Shown: positions 19,250 to 27,967, counted from the stretch's first letter. The stretch is DNA of 64,000 nucleotides from an uncultured Candidatus Saccharibacteria bacterium (GCA_964509605.1 CAZDXF010000001.1:79619-143618); one strand, 5' to 3'. The notes: generated by a model not told the origin, from the sequence alone. Program-made: numbers and translations.

Positions 19250-19690
19250 AAAACCACCCATTCCGACTGTATCGGCGGGCGGTTTTATCACCTACGGAGT
19301 CATTTTAACCGTAGGAACTGGCAGAGGACCCGCTTTCAAAGAGTCTTTCGACATTGAAAGCAAGTTCTGCAAGGTATCAAAGATCGCGAGGAGGGTGTTT
19401 TCAAGCCCCGCGAATATTCTCGGAACCAAAAACTTGAGCATGACTATGGCGAGCCCAAACGCCACAACTTGTAGTATTTTCATACTAATTTCGTTGAGAG
19501 GTGCTTGGTTGCGGTCCGACAGAACCGCACTTGCCCTAATCAGGCGCCCCCCTCTTGTCAGTGGACTAGTTTTTAGCTTCTAGGTGTTAGCTTTAGAGCG
19601 AATCCAGAGACAAGAAGGGGGGTTTTCGGTAATTTCAAATATCTTCAGTATTTATATAACACACTTTAACCAAAAATGCAAGTAAATGAC
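19250..19690 (-). other. GC-rich stand-alone transcription unit, either a small membrane-protein gene or a structured ncRNA
   Basis: Minus-strand promoter-like TTGCAT-N17-TATATA at ~19655-19685. A 13-bp G/C stem-loop lies near the 5' end. A strong terminator (CCGCCCGCCGA..UCGG..GGGUGG + U6) lies at 19256-19290. About 50% GC in a 35% GC genome. It contains the 63-aa ORF 19292..19483. Confidence 0.45.
19292..19483 (-). CDS. Possible small membrane protein (63 aa) within the GC-rich unit
   Basis: MKILQVVAFGLAIVMLKFLVP... has a TM-like N-terminus. There is no Shine-Dalgarno sequence, and an anti-SD-like CACCUC lies upstream. The alternative is that the locus is noncoding RNA. Confidence 0.3.
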   Translation of the reverse strand: MKILQVVAFGLAIVMLKFLVPRIFAGLENTLLAIFDTLQNLLSMSKDSLKAGPLPVPTVKMTP

Positions 19691-20572
19691 TTAAACAACT
19701 ACTCCCTCCACCTTTTCTTTGCATTTTTCTCCACAAAAAACACCTTTTTCTGTCTCACAAGATTCACAAACTAGAAAATGAGCGTTGCATTCTTTATTTT
19801 TACAATTCACATATTTCTCCGTTGGAGATTCACAAATGTCACACTTCCCTACTACCGTATGATTGTCTGGGCTATCAAAGTCCACCGCAATTCTTTTATC
19901 AAAAACATAAAGTTTCCCTTTGAAAGCTTGGTTTGGAAACTTTTTCATATAGCTCACTATGCCATTTTCAAGCTGATAAACATCTTTAAATCCTTTTTTA
20001 ATTAAATATCCAGAAGCTTTTTCGCATCTCACACCGCCAGTACAAACAGAGAGAACCGATTTCTCTTTTACTTCCTCAAGATTAGAAACTACTTTGGATA
20101 AATCTCTAAAATTATCCATTTTAGGATTTATGGAATTTTCAAAGTGCCCAATCTTGTATTCATAATCATTGCGCATATCCACGATTACAAAGTCTTTCCC
20201 CGACTCTATCCAATTTTGTAGTTCATCTGCCGAAAGGTGCTTGCCTGTAGACTCCCAAGGTTTTACATCTTCACTCCCTAGATGCGCAGACACTATTTCT
20301 TTTCTTAGCTTTACAGAAAGTTTTGGAAAGGATTCACCTTTACTTTCATCTATCTTAAAGTTCATATCAGCAAATCTTTCATCAGAAGAAAGAATTCTCA
20401 TATACTCCTCTGTTGCCTCTTTCGTGCCCTCTACAGTGCCATTTATACCCTCACCGGCCACAATAATCCTGCCCTTAAGATCCAAGCGCTCACAAATATC
20501 TCTCTGTGATTTCATCAGAGATTCTGGATCTTCTATAGGCACATATTTGTAATATAGAAGTATTTGGTGCAT
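19691..20572 (-). CDS. trhO: Rhodanese-domain protein, TrhO/YceA (UPF0176) family
   Basis: N-terminus MHQILLYYKY, a central rhodanese domain with the active Cys, and a C-terminal Cys-rich zinc ribbon. Confidence 0.8.
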   Translation of the reverse strand: MHQILLYYKYVPIEDPESLMKSQRDICERLDLKGRIIVAGEGINGTVEGTKEATEEYMRILSSDERFADMNFKIDESKGESFPKLSVKLRKEIVSAHLGSEDVKPWESTGKHLSADELQNWIESGKDFVIVDMRNDYEYKIGHFENSINPKMDNFRDLSKVVSNLEEVKEKSVLSVCTGGVRCEKASGYLIKKGFKDVYQLENGIVSYMKKFPNQAFKGKLYVFDKRIAVDFDSPDNHTVVGKCDICESPTEKYVNCKNKECNAHFLVCESCETEKGVFCGEKCKEKVEGVVV

Positions 20573-20578
20573 TCTTTG

Positions 20579-22081
20579 TTACTTTTCAAACCTCACAATG
20601 TCCCCTTCCCCAAGTCCCTCTAAAATTTCCAAATAACCCTGAGAGCCGACAAGTCCTACAGACACTTCAGTTTCTATTATATTTCCATTTTCAACTTTCT
20701 GAACAAATTTTTTTCCATCTCTTTCAAATACTGCAAATTGCGGAACAGTCAGTACCCCCTCCTTCTTTTCACTTTCTATTTTTATATCAGCTGTAAGACC
20801 GCTTTTTATTTCAGCCGGTGATCCATCAAGTTTTATTTTTACTTTATAATTCACCACTCCATCTACCAAGGTTTCAGCCGGATCTATAAAAAATATTTCG
20901 CCACCAAAATCCCTTTCAGGAAAAGCGTCAAAAACAATTGTCGTTTTATTGCCAATGGCAATTTTTCCAATATTTACTTCTGAAACATTTGCCTCTATTT
21001 CCATTTCTCCAGCTGAAATTACCGAAACTAAATTCACATTTGGAGAAATAATTTCTCCCAGTTTTGCGTCTTGTTTTGAAACTACCCCTGAAATCGGAGA
21101 TCTCAATACCAGTTTTTCCATCTGAGCCTCTATAGCTTCAACCTGAGCTCTCAACTGTGCAACTCTTGCTTCTTGCGCCAATACCGCTTCAAACCCTCCG
21201 TTTTCAATTTCTCTTGGTGCAGAATTATATTTTTCCAACGCCAGATTGAAATTTGAAATTGCTGTACTGACAGAAGTTCTGGCCAATGCAACTGAAGCTT
21301 TATATCCGTTAATAGTAGTCTCGTATTGGAATTCTGGTGCGGTTAGCAAATTTGCCGCTTTAGAAACATCGTCTAGAAAAGAACGAGCTTGATTTAAGAC
21401 AACCTTAGCTTCCTCTATAAATGGAGATAGATCTTCAGCATTATAAATATTAAGCAAATTAGAATTCCATTTTTGGAGTGCAATTTCTAGTGAATATCTT
21501 TTGTTAGAAATATCTGCTTTTATGTCAGCCGAAAGTGGAAAAGTATAAACGGTGTTTCCGTCAATGAAAGAAAAATCAATATATGTGGTTGAAGTTCTGG
21601 GATTTTTGAAAAACTGGTCTACATTGTTTCTAATAGCGTCGTCTGTTTTAACATAGGAATCTTGAATCCTGTCTACAAGAGCCAAACGAGCATCTGAAAA
21701 AGATCCTGAGCTAGTCCTTTTTATTTCTTGAAGTCTAACAAGCCCTTCATTTAGATTTGCATTTGCTCTTGAAAGCTCGGCAGAAACTTCTGTTTGATCC
21801 AGTCGAGCTAGTACCTCTCCTTTTGATACCTCTTCTCCAACTTGAGCTCCGACAAAAGCGACTCTTCCTGCTTTCTCAAAAGCCAAATCGGCGCTCATTA
21901 CAGACTTAGCCTGCCCAGTAGCCAAAACCTCTCGCACAACATTTCCTTTTACAACAGCGATGTCCTCAAAACCATTCTTATTGCCATTTCCAGACACTAC
22001 AAAAATAATTATTAATACAACTGCCAGCAAAAACAGAAGTTTCTTTCTTTCTCTCAAAATCTTTAATATTTTTTCTTTCAT
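20579..22081 (-). CDS. Efflux transporter periplasmic adaptor (HlyD/MacA family)
   Basis: N-terminal TM segment, a long coiled-coil hairpin, and beta-barrel/lipoyl-like domains. It forms an operon with the ABC ATPase and FtsX-like permease. Confidence 0.8.
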   Translation of the reverse strand: MKEKILKILRERKKLLFLLAVVLIIIFVVSGNGNKNGFEDIAVVKGNVVREVLATGQAKSVMSADLAFEKAGRVAFVGAQVGEEVSKGEVLARLDQTEVSAELSRANANLNEGLVRLQEIKRTSSGSFSDARLALVDRIQDSYVKTDDAIRNNVDQFFKNPRTSTTYIDFSFIDGNTVYTFPLSADIKADISNKRYSLEIALQKWNSNLLNIYNAEDLSPFIEEAKVVLNQARSFLDDVSKAANLLTAPEFQYETTINGYKASVALARTSVSTAISNFNLALEKYNSAPREIENGGFEAVLAQEARVAQLRAQVEAIEAQMEKLVLRSPISGVVSKQDAKLGEIISPNVNLVSVISAGEMEIEANVSEVNIGKIAIGNKTTIVFDAFPERDFGGEIFFIDPAETLVDGVVNYKVKIKLDGSPAEIKSGLTADIKIESEKKEGVLTVPQFAVFERDGKKFVQKVENGNIIETEVSVGLVGSQGYLEILEGLGEGDIVRFEK

Positions 22082-22761
22082 ATTTTTTTATTCTTAATAT
22101 CAGACACAATTTCACCATCAGACAGCGTTATGACTCTGTGAGAAAGTCTCGCATATTCCGGCTCGTGTGTCACCATTATAATTGTTTGCCCTTCCTTGTT
22201 AAGATCCAAAAAATTCTTCAAAACAATTTCTGAAGTTTCGCTGTCCAAGTTGGCTGTCGGTTCGTCCGCAAAAATTATTTTTGGATTATGCGCCACAGCT
22301 CTGGCAATAGAAACTCTTTGCTGTTCACCGCCAGAAAGTCTAGAAGGTGTGTGATCCATTCTATGTCCCAAACCAATTCTCTTCAAAGCTTCTTCGGCTT
22401 TTCTTGAAGCTTCATCCTTTGAAAGCCCTTGCATTAAGAGCGGGGCCATTACATTTTCAACGGCATTCAATTCTGGCACCAAAGCATAGTCTTGAAAAAT
22501 ATAACCAAGCTCGTTTAGTCTTATGTCTGTCCTTTCTTCATTTGAAAGACTTGTCGCCTCTCTTCCATCAATAAAAACTTTTCCAGAATTTGGATAGTCT
22601 AATAAACCAAGCTGGTACATAAGTGTACTCTTGCCCGATCCAGACCTTCCAGTAATGGAGACGAATTCTCCAGTAGACACCTCAAAAGAAACGCCTTTAA
22701 GAACCGTGAGCTCTGTGTCCCCGCTTTTGAAAGACCTGACAATGTTTTCTGCTTTTATCAT
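22078..22761 (-). CDS. ABC transporter ATP-binding protein (MacB/LolD-like)
   Basis: Walker A GRSGSGKST, signature LSGGEQQRVSIARA, Walker B IIFADEPT, and an H-loop. Confidence 0.9.
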   Translation of the reverse strand: MIKAENIVRSFKSGDTELTVLKGVSFEVSTGEFVSITGRSGSGKSTLMYQLGLLDYPNSGKVFIDGREATSLSNEERTDIRLNELGYIFQDYALVPELNAVENVMAPLLMQGLSKDEASRKAEEALKRIGLGHRMDHTPSRLSGGEQQRVSIARAVAHNPKIIFADEPTANLDSETSEIVLKNFLDLNKEGQTIIMVTHEPEYARLSHRVITLSDGEIVSDIKNKKI

Positions 22762-23033
22762 TTACCCGCTTTAATTTTTAATGAATTACGAAGCATTTTT
22801 TTCAAGTGATTTCGTCCCCAACCAGTTTTCAACCATTTCTCTCTTATAAACGCATCGTCCCTGCTCAAAAATGCTTCGTAGTGTAGTAATGATAAGGGGG
22901 TTCTGGTAGAAGTCGAAGATACTTTCTTTTGATTATGAAGTTTCAGCCTCTGCTTCAAATCAACAGCACAACCAGTGTACATTTTTCCGTCCTTTTTACT
23001 TTTTAAAATATATACATAATACATATTATTCAT
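22758..23033 (-). CDS. GIY-YIG nuclease superfamily protein (UPF0213/YhbQ-like)
   Basis: YYVYILKSKKDGKMYTGCAVDLKQRLKLHN is a canonical GIY-YIG core. The 91-aa ORF is wedged between the permease and ATPase genes of the ABC operon. Confidence 0.8.
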   Translation of the reverse strand: MNNMYYVYILKSKKDGKMYTGCAVDLKQRLKLHNQKKVSSTSTRTPLSLLHYEAFLSRDDAFIREKWLKTGWGRNHLKKMLRNSLKIKAGK

Positions 23034-23051
23034 TAAAAATTATGGCGGGTG

Positions 23052-24335
23052 CTATTTTCTTCCTAAAATTGAATCCAGAATATTTTTCTTTACGACTATT
23101 CTAGCTGGAATGTAGCCAGCAATAAGCGTTGCAATAACCAGAATAAGAGCCCTTCTTGCTGTGTTGGGCACTTCAGCAACTAAAATTCCATCGCTAAACG
23201 GAAATTTAATCGGATGTGCATCTATAAACGGAACAAGAAAACCGTACAATATCAAAAGCCCGATTGCTATTCCAATGACGGCATAAAAAATGGACTGCAA
23301 TACATACGAAAATTCTATGGCAATTGAGTCTATTCCGATGCCCTTTAAAATTCCTATATATTTTCTTCTGGTAATTGCATTAATAAAAATAACAATAAAA
23401 ATTGTAATAGAAGACGCGACAAGACCTATAGAACCAACCACATTTCCGAGAAGGCCAAAAGTGTTTTGAATATCCAAAAGAAACTTAGGCAAAGACTCTT
23501 CCCAAGTCTGAACTCTGGCAAACTTGTCGGCTCCGGATGAAATAAGAGCAGATTTTGCCAGTTCACTGTCGGCTCCGTTTTTCAAGACAACAGTTATCTC
23601 ATCAACATTAAAATCTCCTCTACCAATAAGCGGTCGCATTGTAGAATCCAACATAAACACTCTGAAATCCACCTGATCCACTTTGCTTTGAAGAATTCCC
23701 AAAACCGTAAATTCTTTTCTATTCTCGCCAAAACTAATTCTCACTTTATCCCCCACCTCAACATCTTCCAGCAAAGAAATTCCCGGAGCTTCAATATCCA
23801 AAAATCTTCTCAAAAGATTTGCTCCTATCAAAATACCTTCGGAATCATCTTTGGTAAGGTACCTACCTTCGATTACGGTCGAGGAAAGATTAGTCGCTTC
23901 GTTTTCAAGAATTGGATCAATTCCTACAATAGACGCACCGGCCGAATTTGGATTGTCTGTGAGTCTTGTTCTGGTCTTGTAATTTGCTTCAACAGTACCT
24001 CCTTCAACATATCTATAAGTAATCTTATCCGTCCAAGGAAGATTTCTTGCAGTTTCTATTACAGTGGAACTATTTTCTATAAAATTTTTCTGCGGGAGAT
24101 TCGTAATTATTATGTCGCCAGCATATCCAGATTTATATACATTTGTCGAACCTTGCAAAAGCCCAACCAAAATACCTCTGATAACCACCAGATTTAGAAA
24201 AGTCAGCACCATTATAAAAATAATGAGAGCGGTGGTCGCCTTGCTTGATCTCCTAAGTTGCCTTAACGCCAAGAAAAAACCCACAGAAAGAGAGACAGCT
24301 ATTTTGGAGAGCTTTTTTTGGGTTTTTTGCATCAT
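23052..24335 (-). CDS. ABC transporter permease (FtsX/MacB family)
   Basis: N-terminal TM segment, a large periplasmic domain, and three C-terminal TM helices typical of FtsX-like permeases. Confidence 0.85.
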   Translation of the reverse strand: MMQKTQKKLSKIAVSLSVGFFLALRQLRRSSKATTALIIFIMVLTFLNLVVIRGILVGLLQGSTNVYKSGYAGDIIITNLPQKNFIENSSTVIETARNLPWTDKITYRYVEGGTVEANYKTRTRLTDNPNSAGASIVGIDPILENEATNLSSTVIEGRYLTKDDSEGILIGANLLRRFLDIEAPGISLLEDVEVGDKVRISFGENRKEFTVLGILQSKVDQVDFRVFMLDSTMRPLIGRGDFNVDEITVVLKNGADSELAKSALISSGADKFARVQTWEESLPKFLLDIQNTFGLLGNVVGSIGLVASSITIFIVIFINAITRRKYIGILKGIGIDSIAIEFSYVLQSIFYAVIGIAIGLLILYGFLVPFIDAHPIKFPFSDGILVAEVPNTARRALILVIATLIAGYIPARIVVKKNILDSILGRK

Positions 24336-24365
24336 TGAGGGCTTATTCTAGCTCTTTTTAGCCCT

Positions 24366-24962
24366 TTATTCAATGGAAATCCAAGGTATGGAGAAAGTTT
24401 GAAATTTATCTAAAAGCGATTTGTCGTATATAAGCCGACTAAAAGCTTCCGCCTCCCAAATGGCTCCATTTATCCCAATGTGGGGTTTTGGTTCTGTCGG
24501 AATTCCAACATATTCCATTACTTTATCCGAATCTAAATCTGATTTGCGATTTTTCATCGGAATCTCAATTCCTCTTTTGAGCATATGAGCAAGGCAGACG
24601 GAGTGTAAATCAATAATTCTTTTTGAAAGAGGGGCGAGCAATCCAGCACGAGACGCTCCAGCTTTTACAAAACTTACATCAAAATCAACATTGTGTCCAA
24701 AAATGAGCATGTCCTCTCGACTATCGGCCCATTTCAAAAAATTAAAAACCAAATCACCTTCGCTTTGTTTTCCAGAATCTTTGATTGATTCTTCGCTCAT
24801 CCCATTTACCTCTAAAGCTACAGGATCAATGTGGGCGCCATCCCAGATTTTACATTCCTCATAAAATCTTTCGTCCGGATTTTTAAAATCCAATGCGCCA
24901 ATTGACACTAGCGAGTGCTTTTGCGGATCTGTACCTGTGGTCTCTACATCTAATACAATCAT
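24366..24962 (-). CDS. DEDDh 3'-5' exonuclease (DnaQ-like)
   Basis: Exo I MIVLDVETTG, Exo II FGHNVDFDVSF, and Exo III with the H...D region. Confidence 0.8.
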   Translation of the reverse strand: MIVLDVETTGTDPQKHSLVSIGALDFKNPDERFYEECKIWDGAHIDPVALEVNGMSEESIKDSGKQSEGDLVFNFLKWADSREDMLIFGHNVDFDVSFVKAGASRAGLLAPLSKRIIDLHSVCLAHMLKRGIEIPMKNRKSDLDSDKVMEYVGIPTEPKPHIGINGAIWEAEAFSRLIYDKSLLDKFQTFSIPWISIE

Positions 24963-25005
24963 TTTAAAAAATATTTTCTAAATTATATCATTTTCACAAC
25001 TTTTT

Positions 25006-25031
25006 ATTTCGTTCGATATATCGAACGAAAT
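25006..25031. promoter_or_regulatory. Perfect 26-bp palindrome ATTTCGTTCGATATATCGAACGAAAT (putative operator) abutting the -35 of the downstream GC-rich gene
   Basis: An exact palindrome. A TTGACTTTTTT-N16-TATAAA promoter follows within 12 bp. Confidence 0.5.
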
Positions 25032-25119
25032 TTACGATGGATATTGACTTTTTTTATATATTTAGTATAAAAAAGATAGACATGTTCTAATCAAACTCAA
25101 TACTCAACGGGGAGGAAAA

Positions 25120-25953
25120 ATGAGAAGGCTCCAGAATTGGTTCAGGAAAATAGGTTCGAAAAAAGTTCTGATTGCCGTGATTGGCGTCGTTTTCGGTACC
25201 TTCCTTGGTTCCTTTTTTACTTTCATGTTTGGTCCAGTCATGGGTCTCGTGCCGGGTCTCGTTATCGGTATCATCGGAGGTCTCTTCCTAGGTCTCTTCT
25301 GGGGTTTTGGATCCACCCTCGGCGTTCTTTTAGCTGTTGCTGTGTGGTTATATCCCGGTCCAATGATTTACACTTGGTTGATGGTAACTTTGTCGCTCGT
25401 CATTAAGAGCTGGTTCTTGGTAAGGGGAGAAATGAGGTGGAAAAAGATAATCTGTACAGAGAATGCTCAACACTACCCTTCCCTTTCCGACCTGAGGCAA
25501 AGCTCTCTTCGGCTGATTGAAGTAGAGGGATTCTCCGTTTTTAAGAAAAAGGCGGAGGAGGTGTACCTAGATCTACCGAAGATCGCCCGAGAGCTCTTAG
25601 ATCTGCATTCCGCCTACAACAAAAGCACTTCCCAAATCAAGACAGAGATGTACAGAGGTGAAATACTTAAGACTGTCGAGAGACTTCTGGAGATGAACGA
25701 GATATTCTCCCAAGAACTCGTCCGTCTTGAGCGTGAACAACCGAGTAGAGAAGCTGACGAATCAAAGATTGTAGTTTCCAAGCTCGCCACAATAGGCGGT
25801 CTTGAAGACACTCTTGATGAACTTCGTCGCCTCAGAGATGGAATGGTTGAAGCGGAAGATGAAACACCTCAAGGCACAGCTCTTGAAAGAGAGATTGATG
25901 GCTTGAAGCAAGCTTCCCCATTGCCGTTTCCTCGCGTGAAAGGCAACTACTAG
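25120..25953 (+). CDS. Hypothetical membrane protein (glycine-zipper-rich 3-TM N-terminus plus cytoplasmic coiled-coil domain); GC-rich cassette gene
   Basis: GGGGAGG Shine-Dalgarno sequence. GxxxG-rich TM helices followed by a ~170-aa charged helical domain. About 50% GC. Own promoter and terminator. Confidence 0.6.
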   Translation: MRRLQNWFRKIGSKKVLIAVIGVVFGTFLGSFFTFMFGPVMGLVPGLVIGIIGGLFLGLFWGFGSTLGVLLAVAVWLYPGPMIYTWLMVTLSLVIKSWFLVRGEMRWKKIICTENAQHYPSLSDLRQSSLRLIEVEGFSVFKKKAEEVYLDLPKIARELLDLHSAYNKSTSQIKTEMYRGEILKTVERLLEMNEIFSQELVRLEREQPSREADESKIVVSKLATIGGLEDTLDELRRLRDGMVEAEDETPQGTALEREIDGLKQASPLPFPRVKGNY

Positions 25954-25954
25954 A

Positions 25955-25999
25955 ACCCCCACGATAACCCCCGCAGGTTGTCGTGGGGGTTATCTTTTT
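25955..25999 (+). terminator. Rho-independent terminator
   Basis: CCCCCACGA...UCGUGGGGG stem followed by UUAUCUUUUUU. Confidence 0.6.
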
Positions 26000-26039
26000 T
26001 ATTTATTAAAATTAATTACAAAGTTTTCCATTTCGTTCA

Positions 26040-26065
26040 ATATATCGAACGAAATGGACTTCTAA
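26040..26065. promoter_or_regulatory. Second copy of the 26-bp palindrome (one mismatch: ATTTCGTTCAATATATCGAACGAAAT)
   Basis: Same sequence as 25006..25031 except G->A at one position. It lies ~70 bp upstream of the next GC-rich ORF. Confidence 0.5.
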
Positions 26066-26133
26066 ATTTATTTCTTTGTGATAGTCTTCTCGAAAGAAAT
26101 TTGCTCTAAACCAAATCCCCCCATGGAGGCTAT

Positions 26134-26382
26134 ATGCCGATGAAGAAGAAGCCCGGCAAGAAGCTCACGCGAAAGCCGAGAAAACCCAAGAATCCACCAA
26201 AAGGTGATTTTGGCAAGGGGTTCGATGACGGTCTCGCCGGGAAATCTCCCATGCTAACAAGTGATAAGTATATCGAGGGATATCGTCTCGGACGAGCAAG
26301 GAGACGGGCAGATATGATTTACCACAACCACGGAGTTCTTAACCCTCGATATCCAGAATACTTGGATGAGGAATTTAAGTAA
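26134..26382 (+). CDS. Hypothetical small, highly basic protein (82 aa); GC-rich cassette gene
   Basis: GGAGG Shine-Dalgarno sequence 5 nt upstream. N-terminus KKKPGKKLTRKPRKPKNPPKG. Followed by a perfect 15-bp-stem terminator. Confidence 0.5.
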   Translation: MPMKKKPGKKLTRKPRKPKNPPKGDFGKGFDDGLAGKSPMLTSDKYIEGYRLGRARRRADMIYHNHGVLNPRYPEYLDEEFK

Positions 26383-26394
26383 CCAAAACCACAC

Positions 26395-26437
26395 CCCGCA
26401 CGGTCGTAGCGCTACGACCGTGCGGTTTCTGTTTTTT
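26395..26437 (+). terminator. Rho-independent terminator (15-bp perfect palindromic stem + U-tract)
   Basis: CCGCACGGUCGUAGC/GCUACGACCGUGCGG followed by UUUCUGUUUUUU. Confidence 0.65.
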
Positions 26438-26450
26438 CTCTTCTGTCTAC

Positions 26451-26500
26451 TTATTACTGTTTACTAATTACTATCTATTAACTCCTGCCTACTATTTTAG
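26451..26500. repeat. TACTGTTTACTAATTACTATCTA...CCTACTATTTTAG motif, copy a of a 3-member repeat family
   Basis: Related copies lie at 34467..34535 and 38600..38637. Each lies just after a GC-rich terminator and overlaps or abuts the stop codon of a convergent minus-strand gene. Confidence 0.5.
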
Positions 26501-26974
26501 TCCCTTACAATTAGAAGCTGGTACATAACCAGCTTTTCTCGCCTCTTCTATTGAAGCGAAAGTTATTTTATTTTCTTCTGCAATTCTTTTTGCGCCCGAA
26601 CACCATGGATAATGATACTTATCACTATTTTTGGAACCAACAACAATTCCATTTTCCTGACTTTCAATTTCATTTTTTATAGTTTTTTGAATTTCTGAAG
26701 AATTGAGCTCGTCTAAAGATAGAACTGCGGAAGCCGAACTATTATCAAAAAACAGCACTTCCGGAGCCGTCTTCTGATCTTTATAAAAAGACAATCTTCC
26801 CAAACCAAAAGAGCCCAGAGCGACCAAAATAATCAAAACTCCTAAAAATAAGTGTTTTTTGACATCATCCCCCCTATCTTTTGGCTCCAAATCAAAAACC
26901 TCCTCTTCATAATTAGCCTTGTTTTGAGGGTCATCTAGGGGGTTGATTTTATTTGACTCTTCTTTTATACTCAT
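26492..26974 (-). CDS. Membrane-anchored protein with C-terminal Ada-N-terminal-like (sunset-like) metal-binding domain
   Basis: One TM helix and a C-terminus KYHYPWCSGAKRI...FASIEEARKAGYVPASNCKG, which resembles the Ada zinc-binding pattern (x..CRPSC...F.S..EA..AGFRPCKRC). Confidence 0.55.
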   Translation of the reverse strand: MSIKEESNKINPLDDPQNKANYEEEVFDLEPKDRGDDVKKHLFLGVLIILVALGSFGLGRLSFYKDQKTAPEVLFFDNSSASAVLSLDELNSSEIQKTIKNEIESQENGIVVGSKNSDKYHYPWCSGAKRIAEENKITFASIEEARKAGYVPASNCKGLK

Positions 26975-26976
26975 CC

Positions 26977-27110
26977 CGTTAGAAGCAGGTCGCGGTCAAG
27001 CGATCTGAGGATTGAAAATAGGTTGTTAATTATCTAATATTTATACTTCTTAATGGTCTGTTTCCTGTTATAACCACGACTGTGGCTTCTAACGGGACTC
27101 ATATCCTGTA
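26977..27110 (+). promoter_or_regulatory. Structured leader upstream of rpmA, closed by a 12-bp long-range inverted repeat
   Basis: CCCGTTAGAAGC (26977-26988) pairs with GCTTCTAACGGG (27099-27110), enclosing ~110 nt directly upstream of the L27 gene. Confidence 0.35.
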
Positions 27111-27153
27111 TTAATCAGCTTATAGGCAAAAACCTAAAGCATCAAGTAAAGCA

Positions 27154-27426
27154 ATGGCATCGAAAAAAGCAGCTGGATCAACAAAAAACGGAAGAGATTC
27201 CAATCCGAAATATCTCGGAATCAAAGTAAGCCCAGGAGCACTAGCTTCTGTTGGTTCTATTTTGGTACGACAAAGAGGAACCGATGTACTCCCTGGTAAA
27301 AATGTTGGTATGGGAAGAGACCACACCCTATTTGCTCTCAAGAATGGAAAGGTGGAAATGAGTCACAAAAGAAAGACTCACTTTGACGGCAAAATAATCA
27401 GAAAGAAAATAATAAGCGTAAACTAG
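27154..27426 (+). CDS. rpmA: 50S ribosomal protein L27
   Basis: [24 protein letters not shown]...VRQRGT...[15 protein letters not shown] is a canonical L27. Confidence 0.9.
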   Translation: MASKKAAGSTKNGRDSNPKYLGIKVSPGALASVGSILVRQRGTDVLPGKNVGMGRDHTLFALKNGKVEMSHKRKTHFDGKIIRKKIISVN

Positions 27427-27429
27427 AAA

Positions 27430-27460
27430 AACCCTCCAATAAATTGGAGGGTTTTTTGAA
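27430..27460 (+). terminator. Rho-independent terminator
   Basis: AAAAACCCTCCAATAAATTGGAGGGTTTTTTG. Confidence 0.65.
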
Positions 27461-27540
27461 TTTGACTTTTTTGAATGAGATTGTTATAAAAGCTCGAGCT
27501 GTTCTGCAGGAAACCTTCTGCCCCCAAAAGGAGCTGGACT

Positions 27541-27918
27541 ATGCATCTAGCAACCGCAGGTGAAGCGAAGGCACAGTTTATGACAATCCTCATGAGTGAA
27601 GCGGTATCAACAGATGCTATCCTGTCTCTCATCGAGGATATCGAAGCCGGACAAGTGGTGGGTCGAGATTGCGAGAGATGTCCAATCGCTCTTCTCGCCT
27701 ACTACTCTGAGAAGACCTACGAGTCTTTTCGAAGGAGGTTCGGATTTTCTCCCAACTGGAGAGAGAATCCGTTTGAGGTTTTCGTACAGGGAATCTTCTC
27801 CGGACACACTCCGGCGAAAAACTCTGATCTGGCCCATGTCCTCGTGTGGTGCGACGAAGCGCTTATCATGAGGGCCGAGCGAAGTGTGCTGGAAACCTCA
27901 GAGGTCCTCGCTTCCTGA
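27541..27918 (+). CDS. Hypothetical protein (125 aa); GC-rich cassette gene
   Basis: TTGACTTTTTT-N16-TTATAA promoter at ~27466-27498. AAAGGAG Shine-Dalgarno sequence. About 55% GC. A GC hairpin terminator follows. No motif recognised. Confidence 0.5.
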   Translation: MHLATAGEAKAQFMTILMSEAVSTDAILSLIEDIEAGQVVGRDCERCPIALLAYYSEKTYESFRRRFGFSPNWRENPFEVFVQGIFSGHTPAKNSDLAHVLVWCDEALIMRAERSVLETSEVLAS

Positions 27919-27927
27919 ATCAATTCA

Positions 27928-27960
27928 AAAGGCCGTCCCGATGTACCGGGACGGCCTTTC
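27928..27960 (+). terminator. Rho-independent terminator
   Basis: AAAGGCCGTCCCGATGTACCGGGACGGCCTTTC. Confidence 0.6.
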
Positions 27961-27967
27961 AACTTTA

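Noticed and set aside
19250-19690. Definite assignment as RNase P RNA (ACAGAACC on the plus strand) or tmRNA (UCUGGAUUCG on the minus strand)
   Set aside because: For RNase P, I found no matching P4 partner strand (GGAAAGUCCGG-like). For tmRNA, I found no canonical tag ORF ending ...AA-stop and no tRNA-like 3' end with CCA. The minus strand also carries a plausible promoter, ORF and terminator, so I left the class open.
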